DNA of 64,000 bases. It comes from Octopus bimaculoides (taxonomy: Eukaryota). Where the stretch lies: the NCBI RefSeq assembly GCF_001194135.2, contig NC_068986.1, positions 91,137,382 through 91,201,381 of the forward strand. The letters are read 5' to 3'. Positions 39,771-52,769 of the stretch are shown here, in pieces (position 1 is the first letter of the stretch; every line of letters begins with the position of its first letter). The position numbers were made by a program, and so were the translations under genes. The notes under the pieces were generated by a model, which made no database searches, had not been told where the DNA came from, and saw only the letters and a list, made by a program, of their open reading frames with translations.

Positions 39771-40336
39771 AATCCAATTTATAGGTGTATACTGAAAGTA
39801 GGCTCATTTATTCAGGTCATAGTCATCAATTCCATTCCTAGTTCTACAACTTTATTGGAGGGCAGTATCACGTTCTTCAACCTTTCTTTTTTTCTCTAAG
39901 TGGAACTTGAAGAAACTGAGGGATTAAGTGAAGAGGAGAGTCTGTCCTGAGCCTTTTTCAAAAAAAAAAAAAAGACACCCATAGTTGTGTAGGTAGGAAG
40001 TCTGTTTCATAACAATATGACCTTGGGTGAAATCCCACTGTATAGCACCTCATGAAAGCCTTGGGTTAGCCAATACTTTGTGTATGGAATTTGGTAAGTA
40101 GAACTATACAGTATTTATGTGGTAGGGGACAGTGTCTGTATTTATGATGTGTCCTTTTATACCTCTGAACTTAGAGATTGGTAAATAACAGATAAAATTC
40201 AACTACTGAAATTGATATACTTACAAAGTCCATGAAGACAATGCCCTGTCTAAGGAATGAAATCAGTAAGAGAATAACAGAAACTTAAGTGATTTATTGT
40301 ACAAACAGTTGATAAAAAAGTTTTAAAATGCCATAC

Positions 40337-40500
40337 CCTATATTCCAAAAGTCAGATGGAGCATCAAGGAGATCATTGGCATTTACTTTATTCAAGATAG
40401 TGCCATTGGGGAGAGATACCATCATCATGACAGGAAATTTATAATTCTCAAGGAACATAGTTGCAACTTTAGCAGCCTCGTCTTTGCCTTTCTTCAGATC
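40337..40500 (-). CDS. SELENON: Selenoprotein N exon 7 (DLKKGKDEAAKVATMFLENYKFPVMMMVSLPNGTILNKVNANDLLDAPSDFWNI)
   Basis: acttcag| acceptor and GG|gtatgg donor; phase 0 to 2; Y.FPV.MM..LPNGT....NAN..LD is conserved. Confidence 0.96.
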
Positions 40501-40579
40501 CTGAAGTCACCAAATAAGAATAAAATAATTTTGATTAATCGTCATCATCATCATCATAAGGTGGATAACTTGTGTAGAG

Positions 40580-40825
40580 CAGTGGCTCTCAATCTAACAA
40601 AAACCATGCCCCATCCAAATTATTAGTGAAATTTCTGTCCCTCTTCCATTTCTGTTAATAAGAAGACAAAAATTAAACTTGTATCCATATAATTCTCTTT
40701 TCTTCACAATGGTAATGGCTAATTTAAAAAGTTGAAATCCATCTAAAATTTATTAAACATGGCAATTTGTCAGCCCAACTTTTCAATCCTTACAGCAACT
40801 ACCCACATTTCCTTGAGAAACACTG
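40580..40825. mobile_element. hAT-type MITE
   Basis: CAGTGGCTCTCAA ... TTGAGAAACACTG with 8-bp flanks gtgtagag and gagtagag (7 of 8 identical). Confidence 0.7.
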
Positions 40826-41768
40826 GAGTAGAGCACAGCTCTATGGTCTGAATAATGTGTTTAATCCACTGTCCAAACTTGTATTTCTACTTAGTCTCTA
40901 AGTAACTGCCTGTTACTGTCTCTCTTCTGTTACTCCCTTCCCTATCAACCTCTCTTGTGCTAGTGCCACAATAAAATGCACCCAGTACATGCTGAAAAGT
41001 GGCTGGTGTTAGGAAAGACATCCGATCATAGAAACCACATTAAATGAAATGTAGAAGTAACTTGTGGTTTCCAACTTGTTTCAGAAGGTGCTAACTCCAA
41101 ATAGGAACTGACTTGGTCTGTGACAACCTGTCTAGGTCATGCTAGTATAGAAAATTGATGGAAAGGTGTAATGACAAAATATTTGGTTGGTTGACAGAAC
41201 AAAAATCTGTGTGAAATTCAAATACAAAAATATTTATTAATCATTAACAAAAATAAATGTCATAGCAACGATGGCAGAAAAAAAGATATTTCCACCTGAG
41301 TCAGTTTGTATGTATATCAGCAATGATAAATTAATGGCAGGAGTAATTGAATTCTGTAGCCAAAGTAAATGATGTAAGTCCCAGCAGCAATTGTTCTTGG
41401 CTGTTATTAGTCAGTTACCAGACGAACCATTTTTTTTTATACCCAATGGTCTGTCAAAGAATAAATGCCAAAGACAAAATCATTAACATTTTAATATGTA
41501 GTGTAAGCTTCTGCTGGATCTATTGTGTTTCAACAGTCAGCCCAGCTATTCATAAAAACAAGATTTTTAATGCATTTACCAAGGACATGAATTTCAGGTT
41601 CAATTCCTATGCAGTAATTTGGTATTTGGGACTCTACTGCTATTCCTGCTACAAAGGTAAAAATAGAAGTATGGTGATTTTTAACTACTAGCTGCAACTT
41701 CTGCCCAAAGTTAACCTAAAACAAGCTTTTGACAAGCAGAGAAGGAACTGAAATTGGCAACAACTTAC

Positions 41769-41978
41769 CTCAAGATCAACAACAAGGCAAGAAGTACTGA
41801 TAAAGTGCTCCTTAAGGAAAGACATAACGGGCGAACTCTGGAGAGCAGTCTCTCGCAGGGTTCGCCCTGAACCTCAGCAACTCTGATCATCTAGTACACC
41901 CCATAATACGATGGAGTGAACTAATTTCCGTTCAGCCTGGGCCTTTTTAAAGGCTGAAGTAAAGTTATAATAAGGGAC
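41769..41978 (-). CDS. SELENON: Selenoprotein N exon 6 containing the Sec codon ([70 protein letters not shown])
   Basis: ttttcag| acceptor and GAG|gtaagt donor; 210 nt; in-frame TGA at 41876-41874 (residue 501) with homology continuing for 35 codons beyond it. Confidence 0.98.
41829..41867 (-). promoter_or_regulatory. Selenocysteine redefinition element (SRE) hairpin 3' of the UGA
   Basis: GGGCGAAC-C-CUG-C-GAGAG-ACUG-CUCUC-CAG-A-GUUCGCCC: 16 bp, one C.A mismatch, one bulge, 4-nt loop, starting exactly 6 nt after the UGA as described for human SEPN1. Confidence 0.9.
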
Positions 41979-43527
41979 CTGAAAATATAATTCCATATTT
42001 AGTAGAAATTCAACATACAGGTACAATACACACACAATATACATGCAAAAAACACTATATACACACACACACACAACACCTGCAATAGACACTACATACA
42101 CAAAATCATATACACTTGACTCTACACACTACATACACTCTTCAAGTATTGAGTCATGTAGATTAGCTTCATCGTGCAGTTTCCACATGACAGGGAGAAG
42201 CCTCTACATGGTTGCTCAACTTGCTACAAATAGCAGTCCAATTTCCTTCAGATCACATCATACTATTTTAAATAAGGAAAGAACATGAGACAACATACTT
42301 TAAATAGATTGGATGGCCATTGCTGGAACACTCTTTGTCATAGGTTTGCATGAGCAGGATTAAAATAGGGATTAAATGATAATAATAATAATAATAAAGA
42401 ATTTTTTACATGCTCACCTACATGTACAAACATATGCACACACAACTCAGAATGCATGTATTAACACAGAAACATCCTTTATATTGTGCACAATCATACG
42501 TCACTTTACGTAATACACACAACCACAGTCATTGTATTATAATCTATGTCGTTTTTAGCCCAAGTTTATGTTGTTTTTAGCCAAATTTTGGTTGGCAAAA
42601 ATCAAAAGTATTCCAACTGTAACCATTCTGTCTTTTTTTATTATCTTTCATTTATCTAATACCAGCTTAAAAGCTGCACTCCATGCAGCCTTTTAATCTA
42701 ACTCCTGCAGAGGCCTAATTGGGTCTGAGGCCCAAAACTAAAGAGAGCTAAAGAACATGGCTATAATACATCCATAATGATTATATGCCCCAGTGGTGTG
42801 TGATCAGAGGTTAAGGAGAAATGAGAATTAATTCTGTAATGCAATCATTCTATTGTTCCAGTCCCAAGTTGAATTCCAACTGTTGGTCAATTTGTCCCAA
42901 AGTTTTCATCTCGACATAAAATTAACAAAGTTAATGTCATTTATCACACTCCTTGATCTCTGATATTATCTGACAAATGCCAACCAAGAAAGCATGAATT
43001 AGCCAAGCTTTACCTGCTAGAAATAGCAACCCAAATGCTTTTAAATCAAATCCCAATAATGGATGTTCAAGAACCAAATGAAGGGCAGATTTTTCAATCC
43101 TGGGATCATCCTGATTTCAAAAAGGTATAATATGTCTATATAGAGCAAATGTAGACTGAGATACAGGTGTCCCAGACAGACAGAATTTCACGTTTATTTA
43201 TATAGATAGACTTTGATATCTTATATTTTAAGATGATAGAGTATAATTTAAGGAAAATTTGACTGCTATTTCTATTATGTCAAGTGACTGTACAGAGGCT
43301 CTTATTGGTTCATTGGTCAAGCAGGCATGTAAAAGGCCCCTTTCTTATAATCTGCACAACTGCATTATGTAGGGTATATCTTAAAACAGTCACACTACGC
43401 GACATAAATATGCACACACAATGTATATAAACATACACATGGTCTGTTGCTTAGCAACATTTCCAATACAATATACAATGCAAAAAGTCAAACAAAAGAA
43501 ATAAAATATTCTACTAAAATAACCTAC

Positions 43528-43766
43528 TTCCTTAAAAGGAAACATTCTGGCTTCCATACTTTTCATTGCTTCTTCCATGGAGATTTCTTCCGTCCATGAA
43601 ATAGATGATATTTCTTGGTTGTTAACCTCCTCATCAATACCTTCCACATCAATTTGGTCAGTGTGAACAGCAGATCTGCTGAGGGACTTCAGTTCCATTT
43701 TGGGTAGGAATCCAATGTTGACTTCCATATTGACTTCATCAGCCACATCTGTCAGCCATTCCATGT
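43528..43766 (-). CDS. SELENON: Selenoprotein N exon 5 (DMEWLTDVADEVNMEVNIGFLPKMEL...SMEARMFPFKE)
   Basis: tctttcag| acceptor and GAA|gtaggt donor; phase 1 to 0; DMEWL, NMEV.IG..P.MEL and M.PFK are conserved. Confidence 0.96.
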
Positions 43767-44871
43767 CTGAAAGACATACAGAGTTGTAAAACATGAAACG
43801 TTTGTATTGTAGGACGTTTTGCCTGTATGAGTATGCAAGTTTGTGAAGGAGAGTGTGTGTATGTTTGTCTATGTATACATGGTGTGTTTGTATGTGTGCA
43901 AGCGTGTATATGTATGCATGTGCATTTGTATGTGTGTGTATGCATGAGTATTTTCTAAATCCTATTGCATCATAAGAACACTAAAAATGTTGGCTTGAGT
44001 ATACCATCGTTGTCGTCTTCATTGTTTTAACATCCACATTTTCCATGCTTGTAGGAGTCAGATTTTCTATGGCTAGATGCCCTTCCTGTCACTAACCTTG
44101 GCTTGTATCCAGGTAAGATAATACTTCACCAAGGCTTTACATGTGTTCATGGAAGATTGGAAATGAAGGACTCTGCTTGAATGATAGTAGCTCATTTATA
44201 AGTATTCTATGATGTGAAGACAAGGACACACACATATATATGCAACAGGTTTCTTTCAATTTCCATTTACCAAACCCACTCAAGGTTTTACTGACCCAGC
44301 ACCATAGTATAAGACATTTTCTATGCTGTGAGACTGAATCCAAAACCACAGGGTCAAAAAGCAAACTCCTTATTCATACAGGTTTGGAACATTCTATCTT
44401 TATTCAAGCTATATTCATAGAAGAATTTGAAGAATCCAGTACTAGGAACTAATGAAACATTTGTTTATTATGTATGTAGTTCATTAATATATGAAATGAT
44501 TAGAGCATCTTATCCTTGCATATACTGATAAACTGTCTCAGCTTACAGTTGCTAATAACAGTTAGGTGGGAGGAGATAGCATAGGTGTTTTGGCTACGGG
44601 CACAGTGCAGTATTGGTGACAGGAAAACAAACTATTTGAACTTTCAGCCAAGAAACCAATTTCCCCTTCAGTCTGGGTACCACTAATTCAAATGAGCAAC
44701 ATCCCACCAACAGGTTATACATTATTAAGATTGTATAAATGTAGTTTATTCACACACTAGTCTTCAAATAGCATCATAAACACACAGCGACACATACAAA
44801 CACACATATGCACACCAGGCATATCAACTACAAAACATTAATACAATATATTTTCAATTATTTCTACTAAC

Positions 44872-45023
44872 CAACATTGAGTTTATTGTGAGTTGGTACA
44901 GCAAGATGGAACTTCATGAGAGACGTAGCATTTTTGTTAATGATGAGATTGCCAAAGAAATATGCTGGAGTGAACCAAAATGGAAGATTTGGTCGTTCAT
45001 TCAGCTGGAATTCTGCATGTATT
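44872..45023 (-). CDS. SELENON: Selenoprotein N exon 4 (RIHAEFQLNERPNLPFWFTPAYFFGNLIINKNATSLMKFHLAVPTHNKLNV)
   Basis: atgcag| acceptor and G|gttagt donor; phase 2 to 1; RIHAEFQL and PFWF.PA are conserved. Confidence 0.97.
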
Positions 45024-45181
45024 CTGCATGAATTAAAGATGGAAATGAGAAGAAAGAATATATTAAATATGTAAATATGAAACTGAATACTGAGATTTTT
45101 GACATATACAATATTATACATTATAAGTTCTAATTTGAAATAGGAAAAAGAAGCTCACTTTTCTGTCTAAAATTGATGATT

Positions 45182-45182
45182 A

Positions 45183-45216
<34 letters not shown>

Positions 45217-45312
45217 CCTATCTATCTATCCACCTATCTATCTATCTACCTATCTATCCAGCTATCTATCTATCTACCTATCTATTTATCTATCTATCTA
45301 TCTATCTATCTA
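45182..45312. repeat. (CTAT)n microsatellite; many (TA)n, (CA)n, (TTA)n and (ATC)n tracts occur elsewhere
   Basis: Direct reading of the sequence. Confidence 0.95.
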
Positions 45313-45394
45313 CAATTTGTTTTTCTTCCTCCCACCATCACAAGTCGCAAAGGACCTAACTAAGCAAAACAAATAATTTAAAAAATGCAATTTG

Positions 45395-46515
45395 AATCAT
45401 CAAGTTCTAATTCCTAGTGTAATTATTTTGATTACATTACTGTTGTGCAAGAGTACAACACCCCTGGCAAGAATGGACTGGACCACTACATATAAATAGT
45501 AGCAATCTGAGCAAGTGAGGTAGATTAACCTGGACGGTGAGCAAGTGTGGTTTCCGTTCGTTGACAAGATATTTCCCAGGTTCACCTCTTCTGGTGAACA
45601 GGAAAGCTGGATCAGGCATAGACCAAGGCTGGGAGCTTGGCAAACAGAGTGTTGACAGGAACTCGTGCTTCTCTCCTGAATGAGCATTGCCAGCAGAGTG
45701 GGTACCATTTTGGCATACTATAGAGGGTTGGTAGAGGGCAAGTGTAATGACGGCTTGGGGGAGACTGGGTTTCGATGAAAATCAGCTTGCCAACCTACAT
45801 CAAAGGACTTTTGGCCTGGGACCTATGGACAACTTCCAGAAGTCCCTGGCTTGGTTGTGCTTTCGAAGTGCCTTGCCAGTCAGAATAAACTCACGGGGCA
45901 TGGCATCATGGTGTCACTTACATGCCCTCATTGTGAGCAGAGCAGCGAAACTGTACTGCATACTATCATACAATGTCCGAGTCTCTCAGACCTGTGCCAC
46001 AGTTGGGAAGAGTACAGCTGTCAGCTGAATCAATTATTAAGATCATTCAGCTGTCTTCTCTAAAAGGAGAAGAGAAATTCTGTTTTCTAGCCATAATAAC
46101 TATAGCGAAAGAGGCGATATGGAACGTGCATGGAAGAGGTATCACATCAGGCACCTTCGTCTCAGGGCTTTGGTTAACCTCGTTTTATATCACCTAAGAG
46201 GGAAAGCATGTCTGGAGAAGAAATGCCTGATGGCAAAAAAGTATGAAAGAAGATGAAAGAAAGTAGCCTGAATGTTGGGTATTTAAGTGCCTTATTAAAC
46301 AGAGTAAAAAAAGCACAAAGTAAACGGTTCAATGCAGGAATGTGGTTGGTGGGGTCAAACCCATTCTGCGTCCAGTCATTTTTTGTTTCATTTTCATCCG
46401 TAATTATAATGTATTTATTCATATATATGTAATATCATTCAATAAGTCCCCAACCCCATTTGTCCCTTGTATTGTCCCCTCTTTGTTTAACCCTTGTGGT
46501 TTCAATAAAATCATC
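45395..46515 (+). mobile_element. Degenerate Tx1/L1-like LINE ORF2 3' end with zinc knuckle
   Basis: LAWLCFRSALPVR, TCPHCEQSSETVLHTIIQCP and AIITIAKEAIWN motifs in broken frames; AATAAA near 46503. Confidence 0.75.
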
Positions 46516-47357
46516 ATGCTAGTTCTACAGTTCGTGCGTTGATAGTTCAAAGAGTTCAAAGTTTACAGTTAGAGTTAGCATGTTGGCTTGTTGGTTCTTA
46601 AAAGATTGTTATGTTCCATATGGTTACTACCATTTGTTTCAATTATATTGTTATCATATTGTTGATGTGTATTCATTTATCCATAAGGATACAACAATTA
46701 CACATCCAGCATGTTCTACTCATATTTGCTCTTCACATGACATTTGATGTGAACATTGTACTTTAAAATATATATCCACTACGATTAGACATTATTTGTT
46801 ATCATCCTCATTTTACATCAATTTTTTTACTGCTAGCATGAGTTAGATGAATATCACAGCACTTCACAAACGTTCATCAACTAGCAGTAAAAGAAACAAC
46901 ACAAAACCAGCACTTTTTTAATAGGGCAGGGGATACCCTTTCTATTACAAACCACTTTATGACATGCGATGCATTTTATCACACCACCAGCATTAGAAAA
47001 GTCATCTGTATCAGCACTAAACAGATCTCTCTACACTGTCAATGGTTTATTATCAGTTTTTGTCTTCCAAGACAGTTTGTCTTCTGTTAACTTGATCTTT
47101 TAAGTCTTTATGTACACCCTACTATGTTATTTCAGCAACAAACGTGGTCGATGCCAGCCCCTCTGGCTCCTGTACCGGTGGCATATAAAAAGCATACACT
47201 ACACTCTCAGAGTGGTTGACGTTAGGAAGGGCATCCAGCTGCAGAAACACTGCCAGATCAGATTGGAGCCTGGTGCAGCCATCTGGCTTCCCAGACCTGA
47301 GTCGAGCTGTCCAACCCATACCAGATGGAAAATGGTCGTTAAACGATGATGATGATG

Positions 47358-48434
47358 AATCTAATCAAATTACAAGTTTAGAGACAATGAGAGCACTATG
47401 TACTAAAGAAGTCAAATTATTGGTGCTCATATGGCAGGTGCTAGCATAATGAAAACAGCCGAAATATTTGTTGTATCAAGAAGTACTGTCTTGAAAGTAA
47501 TGACAGCCTTTGAGAAAGAGGGAAAAACCTCCTCATCGAAACAAAACTCTGGAAGGAAACCAGAACTTTCAGATAGGGACTGTCGGACTCTGACACAAAT
47601 TGTTAGAAAGGATCACAAAAGTACAGCTCCCAAAATTACTGCAGATCTTAATGACCACCTCAAGAACACAGTTTCCACAAAAACTGTTTGTTGGGAGCTG
47701 CACAAAGCTGGATTTCATGGGAGGGCTGTAATCAGAAAACCATTACTTTCAAGAACAAATGTTGCAAAGCATTTATAGCGGAGTAAAAACCTACAGAATT
47801 GGTCCCTAAAGCAGTAGAAAAATATTATTTTCTCGGACGAGTCATCCTTTACCTTATTTCCGACCACTGGCCGAGTATATGTGTGGAGACAGCCAAAAGA
47901 AGCATTTGACCCAGACTGCCTTCTTCCAACTGTTAAACATGGAGGAGGATCTGTGATGACCGGGGTGGGGGGGGCTATATCTTGGGAATCTGCTGGTTCA
48001 ACGGTTTCTCTTCATGGCAGAATCAACAGTCAAGACTATTTAAGCATTTTATCTGATCAAATTCATCTTATGGTTGCAGAACTGTTTCCAGAGGGAAACA
48101 CAGTCTTTCAGGATGATAATGCACCAATTCACACAGCTAAATGGTATAAGGAACATTCTAGTGAAGTTGAACATCTGGCTACCACAGTCCCCAGATCTCA
48201 ATATTATTGAACAAATATGCTGCATTTTAGAACAACAAGTAAGGAGTAGATATCCTCCACCATCATCACCACAAGAACTGGAGACTATTTTAGCTGAAGA
48301 ATGGACAAAAATTCCTTTGTAAACAATTTAAACTTTGTACAAGTCCATCATAGAATTCAAGCTGTAATTACTGCCAAAGGCAGTCCTACCCCATATTAAA
48401 ATAAATTTGTTTGAAATTTTAAGGTATTTCCATT
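47358..48434 (+). mobile_element. Decayed Tc1-family (DD34E-type) transposase in SELENON intron 3
   Basis: HTH region (MAGAS...SRSTV...GRKPELSDRD...KPLLS), IFSDES, TVKHGGGSVM, FQDDNAPIH and WLPQSPDLNIIE; several stops and frameshifts. Confidence 0.93.
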
Positions 48435-49499
48435 GGTCCAGTAGTTAGGGCAGTGGATTCGCAGTCATAGGATCGCGGTTTCGATTCCCAAACCGGGCGT
48501 TGTGAGTGTTTATTGAGCGAAAACACCTAAAGCTCCACGAGGCTCCGGCAGGGGATGGTGGCAAACCCTGCTGTACTCTTTCACCACAACTTTCTCTCAC
48601 TCTTACTTCCTGTTTCTGTTGTGCCTGTAATTCAAAGGGTCAGCCTTGTTGCACTGTGGCATGCTAAATATCCCTGAGAACTACGTTATGGGTACACGTG
48701 TCTGTGGAGTGCTCAGCCACTTGCACGTTAATTTCATGAGCAGGCTGTTCCGTTGATCGGATCAACTGGAACCCTCGACGCCGTAAGCGATGGAGTGCCA
48801 ATAACATATATATAGATAGATAGATATAGATATCATGGATGTCGTCTGGGAAACTAAAAGGTGAAAGGTGTAAGTAGCAAATGTAAAGTTTCAGCTTTTT
48901 ATAATAAACTAATTATATATATATTTCTCTGTCTCAGTCAGTTGTTTCATTTACACACCTATACCTAGCACAGAACAATCTCATGAGAAGATTATTGTTA
49001 GGTATTGCCATAATGAGTAGTAATGATGGGAAACAGGACATCCTGTTCCCATATCCTGTTACTTCAATATCCATGCATATAATATCCATCTACAGTCACT
49101 TTTTATATAATCTTGATTATGATTTGCATAATCACAATGATTATAAACATTTTGAAAACACATGTAATTGTCATGGGAATGTCTGAGTATCAGACAGTCC
49201 ACGTAAGCTCTGGTCGAAGCAGACTTGATGGGCAAGTGTCTTGATGTTAAATCCAGGACACTCCTGTTGATGGTTCTAGTATAGACAGGAAATACTGAGA
49301 GAGTTTTGATGAGAAAGGGTAGTTTATAATATCAACCCAAGTACATGAGTGGTACTTATTTCAACAACCCTGACAATGAAATGCAAAATCAACCTCGGCT
49401 AAATTTGAATTCAGCATGTGAAGGGCTATAACTAAATATTATAAGATGTTCTAAAGGGCTATACCTAAATACTAAGGCACTTTGTCACATGTTCTAAAA

Positions 49500-50480
49500 C
49501 AGCACTTCTTAAACTTTTTTCATTCACGACCCAATTTTTCATCACAAGATTTTTCACAACCCTAGGTATTAAATATGCGTTTGTGAAATCTATAATATAA
49601 ATTGGACATGGGCGATCGTTATATTCTTTCTTGTCTTCAGGTTCACAGCCAAACAGCTGGGTAGATTCGCGTGAAAAATGGCACACAAGTGGAGACGGAT
49701 GCATAGATTGGAATGTGGTTTGTATTTTTTTCCTAACCCCGATAGTTACCAAGAAAATTGATTAAAACTTTTTCTAATGGAAATCCCCTGCTTATTCCAC
49801 AATTAAAACAACCAGTTGCTCACACAGTCGGCATATACCATTTCGCTAGCAACAAGGAGAGTACAGGATGACAGTCAGCCAAAACTTTCGCTATGCTGTC
49901 TCTCTTCTTTCACCTCTTTGTGGGGTTAATAATCTTAATCTTTAGTTACAGTTTTTCATTCAAACTACATAATAGGCAGAATTACACACACACACACACA
50001 CACACACATATCTTCTTTCAATTTCTGCTCTCTGCAAATAAAATTTTTACGGATACAATTGCTTACAAAAATAGGGATTAATGTATAATTTCTTTCTATG
50101 TTCATAATTAAATCAATGTTTTAATGATTAAACAGAGGTCCAATAGAATAGCTCTCAGAAACAGACTACGTACAAATTCATTCTTCACAACTCCTGAAGC
50201 TGTTTTCTGACAAGGGGGTGGGAGTCAGAAAATTTTCATACAGCTAGAGGCTCCAATTGAAACAGGGGACCCGAAATGATAAGGTTGAGAAATGCTGTTA
50301 TAGATTATGCCTAACTGAAAACGATCACAGCCACATCATCCAAACAGACTGGGTGAAACCGGGCTTAGCTGCTACTAACATATAAACTGAAATTCAAGTG
50401 TTTGAATTTAATTTTCGTGATCCCAGCATTTCACTTCGCGACCCCAAATGTGGTCATGGCCCATAGTTTAAAAAGCACTG
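49500..50480. mobile_element. hAT-type non-autonomous element with nested insertions, including a Helitron-like 3' end near 50350-50378
   Basis: CAGCACTTCTTAAAC ... GTTTAAAAAGCACTG with 8-bp flanks ttctaaaa and tcctaaaa. Confidence 0.55.
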
Positions 50481-51339
50481 TCCTAAAATTCTGATAATAA
50501 CAAAACAAAGAAAAATAATAATGATAGCTATTGGTTTCAAATCTTGGCACACAGCCAGCAATTCCGTGGGAAGGGGTCAGTTAGTTTTATCAACCTCAGT
50601 GCTTGATTGGTACTTATTGTATCAACCCCTTGGTGGCATTTTCAACTCAGACTGCAAAGCTGGAAGAAATGCTGCTAAGCATTTTGTCCAGTGCAGTAAC
50701 AATTCTGCTAGCTCGCTCTTTCAATAGTGATAGATATTAATTTCAAATTTTGGCACAAGGCCAGCAATTGCAGGAGAGAAAGTAAGTCAATTACATCGAC
50801 CCAAGTACTCAACTGACACTTATTTTATCGACCCCCACCAAAAGGATGAAAGGTAAAGTTGACGTTGGTGCAGGCCCGTTGCCAGACTTTGGTACCTGGG
50901 AGTGCTTCAGAATATATTGGGTTGGCACAAATTTGTATTGCAGGAAGATTTTTGTAAATTGTATTTTCTAAATCTGAGGGTGCCCCAATGAATAGTGAGG
51001 GAACAGTGCAGTCCAGTGCCCCTCACCTCTTTAGTGACAGGCATGCTTTGGTGGAATTTGAACTCAGAACATACAGATGGATGAAATTCCACTAAGAATT
51101 TGGCCTGGTGTGCTAATGATTCTGCCAGTTTGTCACTTTGGTAGTGATAGATATTGAGAAATATAATCTCAATGAAAATCTGAGTGGCTGATTAATCTGA
51201 ATAGATTAACATAGATTAGGAAACAAATCATGACTTATTTCAGATTATCAAACAGATCATGTACAACTACGAGTGCAAAAATTATTACTTAAATCTCTGT
51301 GGTTTATGCCTGATGATAAGAAAGACATTTTATGTTTAA

Positions 51340-51658
51340 CCCATAAAGTGCTGGGATTTGCACTTACATAGCATGGACTGCTAAGCACATTTTATGACAA
51401 TAAGACTACTATGCACACATAAAAAACAACAAAATGGTTAAAATATCTTCTTAGTGTATAATGGTGGCAAGTTCTACATCATCTGAAAAGTCATTAGTTG
51501 AACTATTAGTCCTCTTGCATTCTGGTGGGTACCAGAGCCTTTGAGTAACATTAGAACCCAACAAACACCCATAAGTTAAATGTATCTATCTGGGCCATGA
51601 TTGTGGCCTGTTGACCTGTGCGTGACAGCCACGATTGTGGCCCATCATGCTTTATGCG
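51340..51658. mobile_element. piggyBac-type MITE, same family as 29783
   Basis: TTAA|CCCATAAAGTGCTGGGATTT ... GCTTTATGCG|TTAA; shares the internal tggcctgttg sequence. Confidence 0.6.
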
Positions 51659-52407
51659 TTAACATACATCAGTAAAATAATGTTGGACTGAACCTGTGAT
51701 TTCTAAGCAATTTTTAACTTGTAACATTTACTTCTTGTAACTCTTATTCTTCATGATAAAGGCATAAACATCACAACATCTTTTCTCCAGCATAAATTTG
51801 GAGGTTATGCAATGAATGCAAGTTTTCCTAATGTGTTCTATCTTCTATATTTTACTTGTTTCAACCATTGGACAGTGGTCATACTGGGGCACTACCTTGA
51901 AGGGTTTTAATTAAACAAATGAAGCCCAGTACTTGTTTTTGACTCTGGTACTTATTATATCAGTCTCTTTTACCAGACTGCTATGTTACAGAGATATAAA
52001 CAAACACCAGTTGTCAAGTGATTGTGGAGGAACATACACACACACACATATAAGGTAGTGCTCCAGCATGACCAGAAACACAGCCCAGATCCTTGCAATA
52101 GGGTGGTCCCTGCTAAAGACACTACATATGGAGTGTAGTGTTAAATCCAGAAATGGATTAAATCCACCACCCGAGACCAGCAACAGCTCTGGTGACTTTC
52201 ACAGTTTTCATAGGGAAAATTTCACTCACATGCATGATTACACCAAGGCTCTCATAGATGATATGTGCTCAAACAAATTTCTCAACCACATAGTCATGCC
52301 TTCATTTACAGAATAGGATTGAGTCAATCAGTTAAATGTGGTCTTCAAACAAAATAGCAATTTAAATATATTTCAAAGAACATAAGATATTACATGTTAT
52401 CTCTTAC

Positions 52408-52769
52408 CTAAAAGCTATGTCCACCAACTCAGAATTGTATGCTCTAATGCAAGCCACAGCTCCCTGTGGTTCAAAACGTGACAGGAGAAATGGGCGCGGG
52501 TGAAACATAGAAAGGAGACTGTGGAAAATAGCTTGGTTGTCTGTAAATAGAGATGGAAAATATCTGTTGCTGCTTGGCATTTGTCCAGTAATGTACTGGA
52601 ATCTACTGCCTTCCCACAGCGTGTAGACTTTACCCACAGAGTTCATGAAATCTGGGTTGGTTGGCAGAAAAGGTTTGAAGTGTTTAGCAGAATATATCAT
52701 GAGATTCTTGGCTGGTTTTTGCCATTCTTTGAGTCCAGCAAAACAGTTCTGAGTTTCCATAACCTGTTC
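52408..52769 (-). CDS. SELENON: Selenoprotein N exon 3 (EQVMETQNCFAGLKEW...SLLSMFHPRPFLLSRFEPQGAVACIRAYNSELVDIAF)
   Basis: Poly-T then tttag| acceptor; AG|gtaaga donor; phase 0 to 2; the LLSMFHPRPF..RF.PQGAVAC signature is specific to SELENON. Confidence 0.97.

Noticed and set aside
39870-39946. Possible last SELENON exon after ctcag at about 39948 (TDSPLHLIPQFLQVPLREKKKG*)
   Set aside because: No similarity to the SELENON C-terminus; the exon at 37150 matches FEDP...Y..FL..G and leads to the SECIS.
41874-41876. TGA as the true stop of ORF 41874-42101
   Set aside because: Homology, a GT donor 105 nt later, two more in-phase exons, an SRE and a SECIS all support Sec readthrough.
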